From the NCBI GenBank assembly GCA_949296825.1, contig CASFQZ010000085.1, positions 6,822 through 70,821 of the forward strand: a stretch of 64,000 nt of DNA, read 5' to 3'. The stretch comes from an uncultured Eubacteriales bacterium (GTDB lineage Bacteria > Bacillota > Clostridia > Oscillospirales > Acutalibacteraceae). Shown here one piece after another: positions 57,203 through 64,000 of the stretch. Below the pieces are notes generated by a model. The model did no database searches. It was not told the DNA's origin and saw only the letters and a program-made list of their open reading frames with translations. Every line of letters begins with the position of its first letter. Position 1 is the first letter of the stretch. Both the position numbers and the translations under genes were made by a program.

Positions 57203-57439
57203 TCATACTTCATTCGCAGCGTCGACCTCAACCATTTCGGCATCGGAGCGCCGGACCGACAGCTCATAGCCGCGCACGGTCAATTCCACCGGATCCCCAA
57301 ACGGCGCCACCTTACGCACATAAAACGTGACGCCCTTTGTCAACCCCATATCCATAATACGCCGCTTGACTGCACCGCTGCCATGGAGCCTGACGACCGT
57401 CAGATATTCGCCGACCTTCGCTTCCCGCAGTGTTTTCAT
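57203..57439 (-). CDS. feoA: FeoA family protein (second copy)
   Basis: MKTLREAKVGEYLTVVRLHGSGAVKRRIMDMGLTKG: SH3-like FeoA pattern. ATG 57439 follows AAGAGGTG. Confidence 0.85.
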   Translation of the reverse strand: MKTLREAKVGEYLTVVRLHGSGAVKRRIMDMGLTKGVTFYVRKVAPFGDPVELTVRGYELSVRRSDAEMVEVDAANEV

Positions 57440-57461
57440 ATCCATCACCTCTTTATTGAAA

Positions 57462-57674
57462 TCAAACCATAATTTTACCGGCAATGTCACGATTCAGCGC
57501 AACACGGGACCCTCTGACCTGCACAATCAGATTGCCACCGCCGGTCGAAATTACAGTGACATCGCTGCCGACAATAAAGCCCAGCTTCTCTAAAAACTGT
57601 TTTACATCCGGCTTACCGCCGATTTTTTTGATCGTAACAGTTGTTCCTCGATCTGCAAAAACCAAAGGCATCAT
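57462..57674 (-). CDS. feoA: FeoA family protein (first copy)
   Basis: 70 aa. GTTVTIKKIGGKPDVKQFLEKLGFIVGSDVTVI. RBS AGGAGG. Confidence 0.85.
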   Translation of the reverse strand: MMPLVFADRGTTVTIKKIGGKPDVKQFLEKLGFIVGSDVTVISTGGGNLIVQVRGSRVALNRDIAGKIMV

Positions 57675-57698
57675 ATGTCCTCCTATTCTTTCTCGTTT

Positions 57699-57727
57699 GT
57701 ATTAGCTGCGACTAACCCAACAATCAA
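57699..57727 (-). promoter_or_regulatory. Candidate proximal feo promoter P_A (TTGATT-17-TAATAC)
   Basis: Minus strand reads TTGATT gttgggTTAGTCGCAGC TAATAC. Same layout as P_B. Confidence 0.35.
57702..57715. promoter_or_regulatory. TTAG-N6-CTAA palindrome A (candidate operator) overlapping P_A
   Basis: Plus strand TTAGCTGCGACTAA, minus strand TTAGTCGCAGCTAA. Lies 27 nt upstream of the feoA ATG. Confidence 0.4.
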
Positions 57728-57757
57728 AAGAATACGGCGCTCACTGGCACCGTATTC
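57722..57757 (-). terminator. Rho-independent terminator after the Cys-rich ORF
   Basis: Minus strand: GAATACGG-tgccagtgagcg-CCGTATTC followed by TTTTGATTG. Confidence 0.6.
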
Positions 57758-57786
57758 ATATTAGCATAGACTAACCGCTCTGTCAA
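57758..57786 (-). promoter_or_regulatory. Candidate distal feo promoter P_B (TTGACA-17-TAATAT)
   Basis: Minus strand reads TTGACA (57786-57781), the 17-nt spacer gagcggTTAGTCTATGC, then TAATAT (57763-57758). Confidence 0.55.
57761..57774. promoter_or_regulatory. TTAG-N6-CTAA palindrome B (candidate operator) overlapping P_B
   Basis: Plus strand TTAGCATAGACTAA, minus strand TTAGTCTATGCTAA. Its last 3 nt begin the -10 hexamer. Confidence 0.4.
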
Positions 57787-57816
57787 TAGGGAAATGCAAA
57801 TTTTTTTTGATTTTAT

Positions 57817-58080
57817 CTACCAGGCTTTTTTTACCGGGTCGGGGCAGCGATTTTTCCGGAAGGCGGCGCGAAACTCAGGATAGCAGCCGCATTTCATACA
57901 GACGCCGCCAACCAGATGATCACAACTGCCGCAGGCGGCAAGGCGTTTTTGATAAGCCGCCTCCTCAGTTTTCAGCGCCGGCGGGATTTTTTCAATACGG
58001 GAGCGGATATCTGCCAACACATCGACTTCCCCGCTCTCTTCCAAAAAACAACGGCGGCAAATGCGCTTGTCCGAACTCAT
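57817..58080 (-). CDS. Small Cys-rich protein (8 Cys; CxxC, CxxC, CxxCxC), function unknown
   Basis: 87 aa: [15 protein letters not shown]...[34 protein letters not shown]. Its ATG overlaps the arabinofuranosidase TGA (ATGA at 58077-58080). Confidence 0.5.
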   Translation of the reverse strand: MSSDKRICRRCFLEESGEVDVLADIRSRIEKIPPALKTEEAAYQKRLAACGSCDHLVGGVCMKCGCYPEFRAAFRKNRCPDPVKKAW

Positions 58081-59549
58081 GCCTCGATGGTAAATTTGAC
58101 CACGGAACAGGCGGGAATTTTTACGTCAAACCCATCCGCGCGAGCCGTAAAGTCCTCAAAAGCGGTGGTTTTTACAACATCTTTATGCGCAAAGGAGTTA
58201 TAATCATGGGAAGCGCCAGTGACAATTTCCGCCTTAACAGAGTGCACAGCAAAATCCGCGACCTGAGTCCGGATGGAGGCATCTTCTGTTTCAGACGTAT
58301 TGACAACCGTGGCGGTGATCACGCCGTTATCATCAATCGACGCGCTTTCCACCAGCTGCGGATAGCGGCGGTTATCCGCCTCATATTCCTTGCTGGTCAG
58401 ATAACTGCCCAGAAGGGTATTATTCTGATGCGCCTTGTACATTTTGAAAATGTAATAGGTCGGCGTTAAGAGCATTTCCGCGCCGTCGGTCAGGGCGACC
58501 GATTGAAGAACATTAACTGTCTGAGCAATATTTGCCATACGGACACGATCGGAATGCTTATTGAAAATATTCAGCGTCAGACCGGCGACAATGGCGTCGC
58601 GCATAGTATTCTGCTGATACAGGAAGCCGGGGTTTGTCCCCTCCTCGACGTCATACCAGGTACCCCACTCATCCACCACCAGCGCAACGCGCTTTTGCGG
58701 GTCGTAGCGGTTCATAATCTCGCCGTGGCGGGTTACCAGCTCCTCCATACGGTAAGCCTTGGACACCGTCGTTTCATACTCGACTGAATCAAATTCCAGG
58801 GCTTTGCCGCGGAAATGATAAACATTGGGGACAGTGTAATAGTGCAGAGAAAGGGCGCTCATATGGCGGGCATGACGCATCAGCGTATCGGTCCAGTTAT
58901 AATCATCATCGTTGGGTCCGCAGGCAACTTTCAGAATACGGCTATAGCCGTAATTGCGTACATAGGTCTGATAACGGCGATAGACATTGGCATAATACTC
59001 CGGCGTCATATTGCCGCCGCAGCCCCAGTTTTCATTACCGACGCCAAAATATTTGATCTTCCACGGCTGCGCATGACCGTTTTCCTTGCGCAGGAGCGCC
59101 ATCGGGGATGTACCGTCAAAGGTCATATATTCAACCCATTCATTCATCTCGCGCACGCTGCCGCTGCCGACATTGCCGTTGATATAGGTATCGCAGCCCA
59201 GCTGACGGCAAAGCTCGAAATATTCATGGGTGCCAAAGCTGTTGTCTTCGACTACGCCGCCCCAGTGGGTATTGATCATTTTTTTGCGCTTGGATTTTTC
59301 GCCAATACCATCCATCCAGTGATATTCATCGGCGAAGCAGCCGCCGGGCCAGCGAAGAACCGGAAGCCCCATTTCCTTCAACGCTTGAACGACATCGACG
59401 CGCATCCCGTTAACATTGGGGATTGGCGAATCCTCCCCGACAAAGAGTCCTTCATAAATACATCTCCCGAGATGCTCGGAAAAATGACCGTAAATATCTT
59501 TATTGATGACAGAAAGCCTTTGATTGGGGTTGATCAGATACTTGTCCAT
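58077..59549 (-). CDS. abfA: Alpha-L-arabinofuranosidase, GH51
   Basis: ATG 59549 follows GGAGG. Contains [63 protein letters not shown] and [11 protein letters not shown], the typical GH51 catalytic region. Confidence 0.85.
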   Translation of the reverse strand: MDKYLINPNQRLSVINKDIYGHFSEHLGRCIYEGLFVGEDSPIPNVNGMRVDVVQALKEMGLPVLRWPGGCFADEYHWMDGIGEKSKRKKMINTHWGGVVEDNSFGTHEYFELCRQLGCDTYINGNVGSGSVREMNEWVEYMTFDGTSPMALLRKENGHAQPWKIKYFGVGNENWGCGGNMTPEYYANVYRRYQTYVRNYGYSRILKVACGPNDDDYNWTDTLMRHARHMSALSLHYYTVPNVYHFRGKALEFDSVEYETTVSKAYRMEELVTRHGEIMNRYDPQKRVALVVDEWGTWYDVEEGTNPGFLYQQNTMRDAIVAGLTLNIFNKHSDRVRMANIAQTVNVLQSVALTDGAEMLLTPTYYIFKMYKAHQNNTLLGSYLTSKEYEADNRRYPQLVESASIDDNGVITATVVNTSETEDASIRTQVADFAVHSVKAEIVTGASHDYNSFAHKDVVKTTAFEDFTARADGFDVKIPACSVVKFTIEA

Positions 59550-59614
59550 AGGAACCTCCGCTGTTTTTTTGATAAGTTTAGCATATCGAAAATGGCATTG
59601 CAAGAGTAATTTAC

Positions 59615-62600
59615 CTATTTTTCCGTTTTCTTTTCCGGCAGACGCAAAATGGTAAAGACTTCATTCAAACAACCCAGCGGGCTTTGCTTCGGCGCTTTTT
59701 TAACGGTAATATACGGCTTATCCGAAGCGGAGACCATGATCCTACCGCGCATAGCTCCGGCTAACCGGGAAATATGTGTCATGTTGACATGACGAACAAA
59801 CAGTAAAATATTCTCGCCTTTTTGCTTGATCTCATACACACCGAAAGACGCCGCCGTATTACGCAGGAGCGCCACCGTAATCAAACCGCGCACGCTCTCC
59901 GGCGGTTCGCCGAAACGATCGATCAGCTCGTCGATCACATCGTCCGCATCGGACTCGTTTTTGATATCAGCGATTCGCCGGTAAATACCCAGGCGCTGCG
60001 GCAGACTTTCAATATAAGCTTCGGGGATATGGGCATTGAGCCGCACATCAATCAGACACTCCTTATCGGCAAGAGAATCGGCAGTCTCCCGATGCTTCTG
60101 CGCACCGTCTTTCTCCCCTTCCAGCTCGCTGACAGCTTCTGTCAAAAGACGAATATACATATCATACCCGACCGCCTCCATATGTCCGTGCTGCTGCGCA
60201 CCGAGAATATTGCCCGCACCGCGAATTTCTAAATCGCGCATGGCAATTTTGAAGCCGGAACCAAACTCGGTAAATTCCCGGATAGCGTCCAGTCTGCGCT
60301 GGGCAATTTCCGTCAGCTGCTTCCCTTTTTTGAACATAAAATAGGCGCTTGCCCGCCGAGAAGAGCGCCCGACTCTGCCACGGATCTGATGCAGCTGCGC
60401 AAGCCCCATCCGGTCAGCATTTTCAACAATCAGGGTATTACAGTTCGGCACATCCACCCCGGTCTCGATAATGGTGGTGCAGACCAAAATGTCAAGCTCC
60501 CCTTCCAGCAGCTGCTGCCATACCGAGCTGATCTCTTCCTCATTCATTTTACCGTGCGCGATACCGATACGCGCCTGGGGAACCAGAACGTGAAGCCGCG
60601 CCGCCTTTTCTTCGATATCCTCAATCTGGTTATGAAGATAATAAACCTGACCGCCGCGCCGCAGCTCCTTTTCGATGGCTTCCGCGATGATTCCCTCGTC
60701 ATACTCTACCACATAAGACTGCACCGGCAAACGGTCGGAAGGTGCTTCCTCAATGACGGACATATCCCGGATACCGGTCATCGCCATGTTCAGTGTGCGG
60801 GGAATCGGCGTCGCGGACATGGTCAAAACGTCGACATCCGGGAACATTTCCTTTAGCCGTTCCTTTTGCGCCACACCGAAGCGCTGCTCCTCATCCACAA
60901 TCACCAGCCCGACGTCCTTGAATTTGACATCCTGCGAGATCATGCGGTGCGTGCCGATAATGATATCAATTGTACCGCGTCGAAGATTGGTCAGAATCTT
61001 CGCCTGCTGCTTCGGCGTGCGGTAGCGTGAAAGCATTTCAACCGTAACCGGGAACCCGTCAACGCGCTTGAGAACCGTTTGGTAATGCTGAAACGCAAGA
61101 ATGGTTGTCGGAACCAGAATCGCACACTGTTTTCCGTCCGCAACACATTTAAAGGCGGCGCGCAGCGCGACCTCGGTTTTTCCGAACCCGACATCGCCGC
61201 ATAAAAGGCGGTCCATCGGGTGGGGCTGCTCCATATCACGCTTGATTTCAGCGATGCAGCGCAGCTGATCGTCCGTTTCATCAAACTCAAAGCGGCGCTC
61301 AAAATCGCTCTGCATATCAATATCCGGCGAAAAGGCAAATCCTTTGGATTGCAGGCGCTTGGAATACAAGGCAATCAACTGCCCTGCCATCTCCCGCACA
61401 GCGCCCCGGACCCTGGATTTGGTCTTTTCCCACTCTTTGGAACCGAGGCGATTCAGCTTCACGGCTTTTCCATCATCGCCATGAGGCGCGATATATTTAG
61501 AAACCAGGTCCAGCTGAGTAACCGGTACATACAGCACATCAGACGCAGCGTACCGGATCCGAAGAAAATCCTTGATGACGCCGTCGGCTTCCAGCTTGGT
61601 TACACCGTCAAAAATGCCGATCCCGTGGGTTGCATGAACCACATAATCTCCCCGATGGATTTCATCAACGGAATGGAAGCTCTCCCCCGCCTGATAGCCT
61701 TTTTGCCCCTTGCGCTTACCCGCCTGCGCGGCGCTGCGTCCTCTGCCATAGGTAATCACCCGGAGCCTTGCCTGGGGGAACTCCATGCCGCCAGAAAGAC
61801 TTCCGGAAAGAATATTGACCGAACCGATCAAAAAGCCTTCCGGTGTACGAGGATAGTAGATTGCAGAGATTCCTTCGGCGATCAGGTCCTCGCAAAGAGC
61901 CGCCGCCGTTTTTTCACTGCCCGCCAGAATCACTTGCGTCATTCCGCGCAGGGCGGCGGGCTTCAGATCGTCAATCAGAACCGACAGCGACCCCTCCCAG
62001 GCGGACAGCTGCGACGCGGTGACACTAATCAGATCCCGGACGGGAACATCAAAAGAACCGCGGGCGAAGTGATCCATATAAATTCCGCCGCACTCGGCAA
62101 AGCACCGGAGCATTTCCGGAAAAGTCAGGGCAAAACGATCCAGTCCTTTACAAAGAACGCCTTCCTCAAAGAGGATTTTCATATCCTCGTGCAGGAGGCT
62201 CTGCGCTGCCGTATGTTTTTCTCTAATCCCAGCGGACTCACAGAAAAAGACAAGGGCGTCCGAAAAATAATCAAAAATCGAGGCGGGCGAATCATAGGCA
62301 AGCGAAAGATATTTATCTACGCTGGTCAGACGCAAGCCCGTATCGAGACGTTCCATGTCCTTGCGCAAAGACTCCCTTGCTTTGACCGAACCTTTTCCTT
62401 TGACGCCCGCCGTAAAGGCTTCCAGTTTTTCACGCAAAACCTCTTCGGAAGGAAAAATCACCTCAGACGCCGGAGAGATTTTCACCTGTTCTACCGGCTC
62501 GCCGCGCCGTTGAGTCAGAATGTCAAAATGAGAAAGGCTGTCGATTGTATCGCCCCAGAACTCCACGCGAACCGGCATGGCGCTGTCCGGTGGAAAAAAA

Positions 62601-63139
62601 TCCAGGATGCCGCCGCGGACGGCAAACTGCCCCATACCGTCCACCATCTCGGTTTTGACATAATCCGCGCAAATCAGTGCTTCGACAACTGCCGATAAAG
62701 TAATTTCCTCACCGGTTCGCAGCGTTGCAGACCGTTTTTGCAGCTCCGTTGGCGGGATGGTCAGCTGCGCCGCAGCTTCCGCGCTGCAAAGGCAGATATC
62801 GCAGGAGCCATCCAAAACCGCACCCAGGACAGCAAGCCGCTTTTGCTCAAAATCCCGGGATTTGCTTTCAGTCGTACGGAAGGTAAAATCCCGCGCCGGA
62901 TAGACCATCGCACGCAAACCGAAGACCGTCAGGTCGGACGCCATCCGGTGCGCAGCCGCCTCGTCCGGCAGCACAACCAACGCCTTCCTCGCAAGAGAAG
63001 ACGAAATCGAAGAAATCAAATGCGCCTTGAGAACCGGCGCAAGCCCCAGTATTCCAATCGGAAGGATCCGGTGATGGATATCAGACAGGATGGTTTTGAA
63101 TTCCGGCTGATCCTGCCAAATGCGCGTTAATGCATTCAT
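59615..63139 (-). CDS. mfd: Transcription-repair coupling factor
   Basis: 1174 aa. UvrB-homology N-terminus, CarD/RID domain, SF2 helicase ([15 protein letters not shown]), TRCF C-terminal domain. TAG stop. Confidence 0.95.
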   Translation of the reverse strand: MNALTRIWQDQPEFKTILSDIHHRILPIGILGLAPVLKAHLISSISSSLARKALVVLPDEAAAHRMASDLTVFGLRAMVYPARDFTFRTTESKSRDFEQKRLAVLGAVLDGSCDICLCSAEAAAQLTIPPTELQKRSATLRTGEEITLSAVVEALICADYVKTEMVDGMGQFAVRGGILDFFPPDSAMPVRVEFWGDTIDSLSHFDILTQRRGEPVEQVKISPASEVIFPSEEVLREKLEAFTAGVKGKGSVKARESLRKDMERLDTGLRLTSVDKYLSLAYDSPASIFDYFSDALVFFCESAGIREKHTAAQSLLHEDMKILFEEGVLCKGLDRFALTFPEMLRCFAECGGIYMDHFARGSFDVPVRDLISVTASQLSAWEGSLSVLIDDLKPAALRGMTQVILAGSEKTAAALCEDLIAEGISAIYYPRTPEGFLIGSVNILSGSLSGGMEFPQARLRVITYGRGRSAAQAGKRKGQKGYQAGESFHSVDEIHRGDYVVHATHGIGIFDGVTKLEADGVIKDFLRIRYAASDVLYVPVTQLDLVSKYIAPHGDDGKAVKLNRLGSKEWEKTKSRVRGAVREMAGQLIALYSKRLQSKGFAFSPDIDMQSDFERRFEFDETDDQLRCIAEIKRDMEQPHPMDRLLCGDVGFGKTEVALRAAFKCVADGKQCAILVPTTILAFQHYQTVLKRVDGFPVTVEMLSRYRTPKQQAKILTNLRRGTIDIIIGTHRMISQDVKFKDVGLVIVDEEQRFGVAQKERLKEMFPDVDVLTMSATPIPRTLNMAMTGIRDMSVIEEAPSDRLPVQSYVVEYDEGIIAEAIEKELRRGGQVYYLHNQIEDIEEKAARLHVLVPQARIGIAHGKMNEEEISSVWQQLLEGELDILVCTTIIETGVDVPNCNTLIVENADRMGLAQLHQIRGRVGRSSRRASAYFMFKKGKQLTEIAQRRLDAIREFTEFGSGFKIAMRDLEIRGAGNILGAQQHGHMEAVGYDMYIRLLTEAVSELEGEKDGAQKHRETADSLADKECLIDVRLNAHIPEAYIESLPQRLGIYRRIADIKNESDADDVIDELIDRFGEPPESVRGLITVALLRNTAASFGVYEIKQKGENILLFVRHVNMTHISRLAGAMRGRIMVSASDKPYITVKKAPKQSPLGCLNEVFTILRLPEKKTEK

Positions 63140-63149
63140 ACGTCCTCCG

Positions 63150-63776
63150 TTACCTGCTGTACAGGTTCATTGCCTGCTCTATGGAACCGTTTACCATCAG
63201 CTCGGCGGCGGCAACCGCCGTTTCCAATTCTTTTTTCAGCTCTTCCAGTTCCGTTTTGCTGAATTTGCCGAGAACATAATCTTTCAACTGCTCCTCTCGA
63301 TCCGTCCGATCTCCGACACCAACCTTGATACGGGGAAACTGATCAGATCCCAGCTGATAAATGATGCTTTTGATCCCATTATGTCCGCCGGCGGAGCCTT
63401 TGCGGCGAATGCGCAGCGTGCCGAAGGGCAGAGAAATATCGTCAAAAACAACCAAAACCCGCTCTGGCGGAATTTTGTAAAAAGCGGCCGCAGCGCCCAC
63501 GGCATCGCCGCTCAGATTCATAAAGGTCTGCGGACGCATCAGCAGGCAATGGTGCTCTCCCAGCATGATTTCGCCGCAAAGGGCGCGAAATTTCAGCCGA
63601 TCAATCCGGCAATGCTTCTGGTTGCACAGCACATCTAAAAACAAAAATCCCGCATTATGACGGGTATATTCATATTCTTTGCCCGGATTGCCAAGACCGA
63701 CAATGATCCACTCCACAGGACCTCTCAGAGGCTCGGCAAAAAGCGGCTCCGCTTTTTTCTTTCTAAAAAACGACAC
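63150..63776 (-). CDS. pth: Peptidyl-tRNA hydrolase
   Basis: IVGLGNPGKEYEYTRHNAGF and GGHNGIKS motifs. GTG 63776 lies 7 nt after AAAGGAGG. GTG 63716 would give the canonical short N-terminus. Confidence 0.9.
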   Translation of the reverse strand: MSFFRKKKAEPLFAEPLRGPVEWIIVGLGNPGKEYEYTRHNAGFLFLDVLCNQKHCRIDRLKFRALCGEIMLGEHHCLLMRPQTFMNLSGDAVGAAAAFYKIPPERVLVVFDDISLPFGTLRIRRKGSAGGHNGIKSIIYQLGSDQFPRIKVGVGDRTDREEQLKDYVLGKFSKTELEELKKELETAVAAAELMVNGSIEQAMNLYSR

Positions 63777-63804
63777 AAAAGCGCCTCCTTTTACAGCACC
63801 AAAG

Positions 63805-63827
63805 CCCCCCAAACAGGATTTGGGGGG
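63805..63827 (-). terminator. GC-rich hairpin after the upstream partial gene (weak U-tract)
   Basis: CCCCCCAAA-loop-TTTGGGGGG, a 9-bp stem. On the minus strand only CTTT follows, so terminator function is uncertain. Confidence 0.4.
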
Positions 63828-63848
63828 TGTTTGGCAATATTTTTGCTC

Positions 63849-64000
63849 TTAATATGTAATTTCGATTCGATTTTCGCCTGCATCAGCGCTGCAGGTTACC
63901 AGATACCCGCCGGTCGGCAGCTCCTTAACGGAATGCTTAGAGCAGCCCCTGATCTCTTTCGGCTCGATCGGCATAAAGATTTCGTTCTTTTTGACAGAAG
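63849..64000 (-). CDS. 3-prime end of an unidentified ORF (runs off the right edge)
   Basis: My translation reads ...SVKKNEIFMPIEPKEIRGCSKHSVKELPTGGYLVTCSADAGENRIEITY* with TAA at 63849-63851. I recognise no family. Confidence 0.3.
   Translation of the reverse strand, partial: SVKKNEIFMPIEPKEIRGCSKHSVKELPTGGYLVTCSADAGENRIEITY

Noticed and set aside
1-64000. Search for mobile elements, CRISPR arrays, defence systems, toxin-antitoxin pairs, retron/DGR-like elements, and rRNA or tRNA genes.
   Set aside because: None found by eye. Every gap longer than 100 bp is accounted for by promoters and terminators, except 15333-15675. Every ORF longer than about 85 aa that is not nested antisense has a housekeeping or sporulation assignment, apart from the 446-aa lipoprotein, the DUF1385 protein and the 87-aa Cys-rich ORF. 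This is visual inspection only and needs confirmation with tRNAscan, Infernal, and DefenseFinder or PADLOC.

Overview
This 64-kb window looks like ordinary core chromosome from a spore-forming Clostridia-type Firmicute. That assignment is inferred from gene content and synteny only. I count about 61 tightly packed genes, roughly 85% on the minus strand, often with short overlaps between neighbours.

The recognisable housekeeping blocks, in window order (all minus strand except nrdD-nrdG-dut-esterase, the ylbJ-like gene and the Nudix gene), are:
- spoVB-like, kinase, hemZ, MBL hydrolase, dtd, relA, recJ, then nadE
- nrdD, nrdG, dut, esterase (plus strand)
- putP and a GPH transporter
- recO, era, ybeY, phoH, yqfD, yqfC
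- rsgA, prkC, stp, rlmN, rsmB, Zn-peptidase, fmt, def, priA, rpoZ, gmk, remA, yicC
- rluB, dacB-type carboxypeptidase, ytfJ, ytfI, scpB, scpA, M50 protease, prmC, DUF1385
- HK, RR, lipoprotein, cdaR, cdaA, ispF, aminotransferase, asnS
- Nudix hydrolase (plus strand), a small Cys-rich membrane protein, feoB, feoA, feoA, a Cys-rich ORF, GH51 arabinofuranosidase, mfd, pth

I saw no rRNA, tRNA, CRISPR array, transposase, integrase, phage gene or recognisable defence gene. I did not find a convincing novel multi-gene system and do not want to overstate one.

The signals most worth a second look are:
1. An in-frame TAG inside the FeoB G-domain.
2. Three TTAG-N6-CTAA palindromes in the feo locus. Two sit inside a duplicated promoter-operator module and match no metal-regulator box I know.
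3. A feo promoter that initiates inside the upstream terminator hairpin.
4. A small Cys-rich ORF translationally coupled to the arabinofuranosidase gene.
5. A 343-bp structured gap between convergent genes.
6. A 92-nt cdaA/cdaR overlap, followed by an FG-GAP-like lipoprotein and a two-component system where glmM usually sits.

The ORF track translates GTG/TTG starts as M. Many of my start coordinates are therefore trimmed to an internal start with a visible Shine-Dalgarno sequence, and those starts remain uncertain.
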